Shown here piece by piece: positions 61,511 to 64,000 of a DNA stretch of 64,000 nucleotides. This stretch comes from Macrostomum lignano. Taxonomy: Eukaryota. The stretch is taken from contig NIVC01000374.1 of the NCBI GenBank assembly GCA_002269645.1, positions 536,067 to 600,066 of the forward strand, read 5' to 3'. Every line of letters begins with the position of its first letter. Positions within the stretch are counted from its first letter, which is position 1. The notes beneath the pieces were generated by a model. It was given only the letters and a program-made list of their open reading frames with translations, made no database searches and was not told the DNA's origin. A program made the position numbers and the translations under genes.

Positions 61511-62265
61511 CAAGGTCGGCAAACTGTTTTACCCAAGGGGCCAGATGAGAGAGGAAGAGGAAACAGAGGAGAGAGAAGTGGCTGGAGTATATCAGAGATG
61601 AGAGAATGGATGAAAGGTGAGAGAGGAGAGATGAGAGGCGAAAGAGAGAGGAGATAAGAGAAGAGGGGATAAGATAGGAGAGGAGAGATGAGATAAGAGA
61701 GGAGAGAGATGAGAGGAGAGAAGAGGAGAGAGGAGATAAGATAGGAGAGGAGAGATGAGAGGCGAGAGAGAGAGGAGAGAAGAGATAAGAGAGGAGAGAT
61801 ATGAGAGGAGATAAGATAGGAGAGGAGAGATGAGAGGCGAGAAGCAAAAGGAGATAAGAGAGGCGAGAAAAGAGAGGAGATAAGAGAAGAGGGGATAAGA
61901 TAGGAGAGGAGAGATGAGATAAGAGAGGAGAGAGATGAGAGGGGAGGAGATAAGAGAGGAGAGATATGAGAGGAGAGGAGAGATAAGAGAGGAGAGATAT
62001 AGAGGAGATAAGATAGGAGAGGCGAGAAGCAAGAGGAGATAAGAGAGGAGAGAAGAGATAAGAGAGGAGAGATATGAGAGGAGGGAGGAGATAAGAGAGG
62101 AGAGATATGAGAGGAGAGAAGAGGAGAGAGAAGAGAGGAGAGAAGAGAGCCGAGAAGAGAGTACTGAGCAGAGAGCCGAGAAGAGACAAAACCTGAGATC
62201 GTGAAGCTTCAAATGACCCGAAGGCCGATAGAGAGGCTTCGCGGGCCGCAGTTTGCCAACCCCTG
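61511..62265 (+). mobile_element. hAT (Charlie/Buster-like) MITE with an internal purine-rich microsatellite
   Basis: Left CAAGGTCGGCAAACT...AAGGGGCCAGAT and right CGCGGGCCGCAGTTTGCCAACCCCTG form an imperfect TIR of hAT type. Interior is GAGAG/GATAA repeats. The 8-bp flanks (TTTTACAT / TTTCAGAC) are only partly identical. Confidence 0.7.
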
Positions 62266-62444
62266 TTTCAGACTAATTCAACAGCTAGATAACGATGTTG
62301 AAGCCGATGATTTTAGCATGAAAAGTGCTCGAGAAAAAATAATAAAAAATCCCACAGGAGAAATAGAGAGAGAGAGAGAGACACAGTCAATCAATCTGTG
62401 AGTAGTCCATTCAGAATATAACATTATTAATAACGCATCAAGTG

Positions 62445-64000
62445 TCAAGCCACGTACTGATAGTAGTGCCTGTCCTGATCGGACCGCTTGATATAGTCTC
62501 GATCCATCAGGTGCTCAATTCGGCTCTTAATCGCTTGAGGAGTGGGAGTGAACCGCGATTTGAGCTGTTCAATCACCTGAGCAATCAGGTAATTGTGAGA
62601 CAGAGTCTGCCTGGCCTTCATTATGCGCACAATGGCCGCTTCGATTTCGTATTTGCGATCTTCATCAACTTTAATGCGGGTCTCGCGGCGCTCGGGTTCC
62701 GTTTCTTTGACGCCGCCGCTGGGCGCCACCTTGGCGGAGGGAATCGGAGTTTATCCATGAAGGGAATTTATCCAAGATGGGAATTTTATCCCATTTATTC
62801 AAGAGGGGAATTTATCCCATTTATCCAAGAGGGAATTTATCCATTTATCCAAGAGGGGAATTTATCCCATTTATCCAAGAGGGGAATTTATCCCATTTAT
62901 CCAAGAGGGGAATTTATCCCATTTATCCAAGAGGGGAATTTATCCCATTTATCCAAGAGGGGAATTCATCCCATTTATCCAAGAGGGGAATTTATCCCAT
63001 TTATCCAAGATTGGTAACTTATCCCATTTATCCAAGAGGGGAATTTATCCCATTTATCCAAGATTGGTAACTTATCCCATTTATTCAAGAGGGGAATTTA
63101 TCCAAGAATTTTATCCAATAGAGGAATTTATCCAAGAAGGAAATTCATCGAGGGAATTCATCCAAAGAAGAAATAATCCAAGAGGGGAATTAATACAAGA
63201 GGGAATTATCCAAGATGGGAATTTAGCTAAGAGGGCATATCAATGAGGCGAATGTATCCAAGAGGGAGTTTATTCAAGATGGGAATTTATCCATTTATCC
63301 AAGAGGTGAATTTATCCCATTTATCCTAGATGGAATTTATCCTATTTATTCAAGAGGGGAATTTATCCATGAATTTTATCCAATAGGGGAATTTATCCAA
63401 GAAGGGAATTCATCCAAGGGGGAATTCTTCCAAGAGGGGAATTTATCAAGATGGGAATTTAGCTAAAAGGGGAGTGTATCCATGAGGGGAATTTATTCAA
63501 GATAGGAGTTTATCCATGATCGGAATTTATCCCATTTATCCATGAGGGGAATTCATCCAAGATGGCATTTATCCAAGAGAATAATTTATCAATAAGGGGA
63601 ATTTATCAAAGAAGGTGATTTATCCGAGACGGGAATTTATCCATGAGGGGAATTTATCCATGATGAGGGGAATTTATCCATGAAGGGGAATTTATCCATG
63701 AGGGGAATTTATCCATGAGAGGAATTTATCCATGAGGGGAATTAATCGAAGATGGGAATTTATCTACGAGAGAAATTTTACTTAAAAGGGAAATTTATCC
63801 GTTCGGGGACTTTTACCCAATAGGGGAATTTATCCAGTGAGTTATTAATGAGAAGAATTCAGACAAGATAATTCAGAGTAATAACAATTTACGTACTTAA
63901 ACAGAAAAGGATATGCCAAATAGCCACTCACCTTAATCTTGACGTGACGCGAATAGAAAGCGTCATTGACAGTGAACTCGTCAGTGGAACTAATCTCTTT
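62445..64000 (-). CDS. CUL3: Cullin-3, last two exons (gene continues beyond the window)
   Basis: Exon 64000-63932 ([23 protein letters not shown]), GT-AG intron, exon 62729-62445 ([40 protein letters not shown]...YYQYVA*), which includes the neddylation motif. Confidence 0.92.
62755..63830. repeat. 26-bp minisatellite degenerating into GGGAATTTATCC variants, last CUL3 intron
   Basis: GAGGGGAATTTATCCCATTTATCCAA. Confidence 0.92.

Overview
Animal (eukaryotic) genomic DNA with GT-AG spliced genes and a very high density of tandem repeats. The style (polyQ tracts, a Pro-Ala anion-type nAChR-like subunit, minisatellite-filled introns) suggests a free-living flatworm such as Macrostomum; this is inference. 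Bases 1-13104 are a head-to-tail array of at least four 3.3-4.0 kb non-coding units whose junctions carry Helentron/Helitron2-like termini. The units alternate A-B-A-B, carry paired RFX X-box palindromes, and contain internal satellites, one of which looks like a reiterated Helitron 3' end. Next come a decayed TRP-like paralog cut by a gag-like remnant and an intronless TRPV-like channel gene. Seven spliced genes follow: a sortilin-like VPS10 receptor, a non-alpha Cys-loop subunit with an anion-selective signature, an unknown coiled-coil protein, a class A GPCR, ALG12, TBC1D5 and the 3' end of CUL3. By my exon models, 17 of 18 introns over 300 bp contain a tandem repeat, usually a different one in each. 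Four single-base (-1) frameshifts at homopolymers suggest uncorrected long-read errors. All exon models were derived by eye; no database searches were run.
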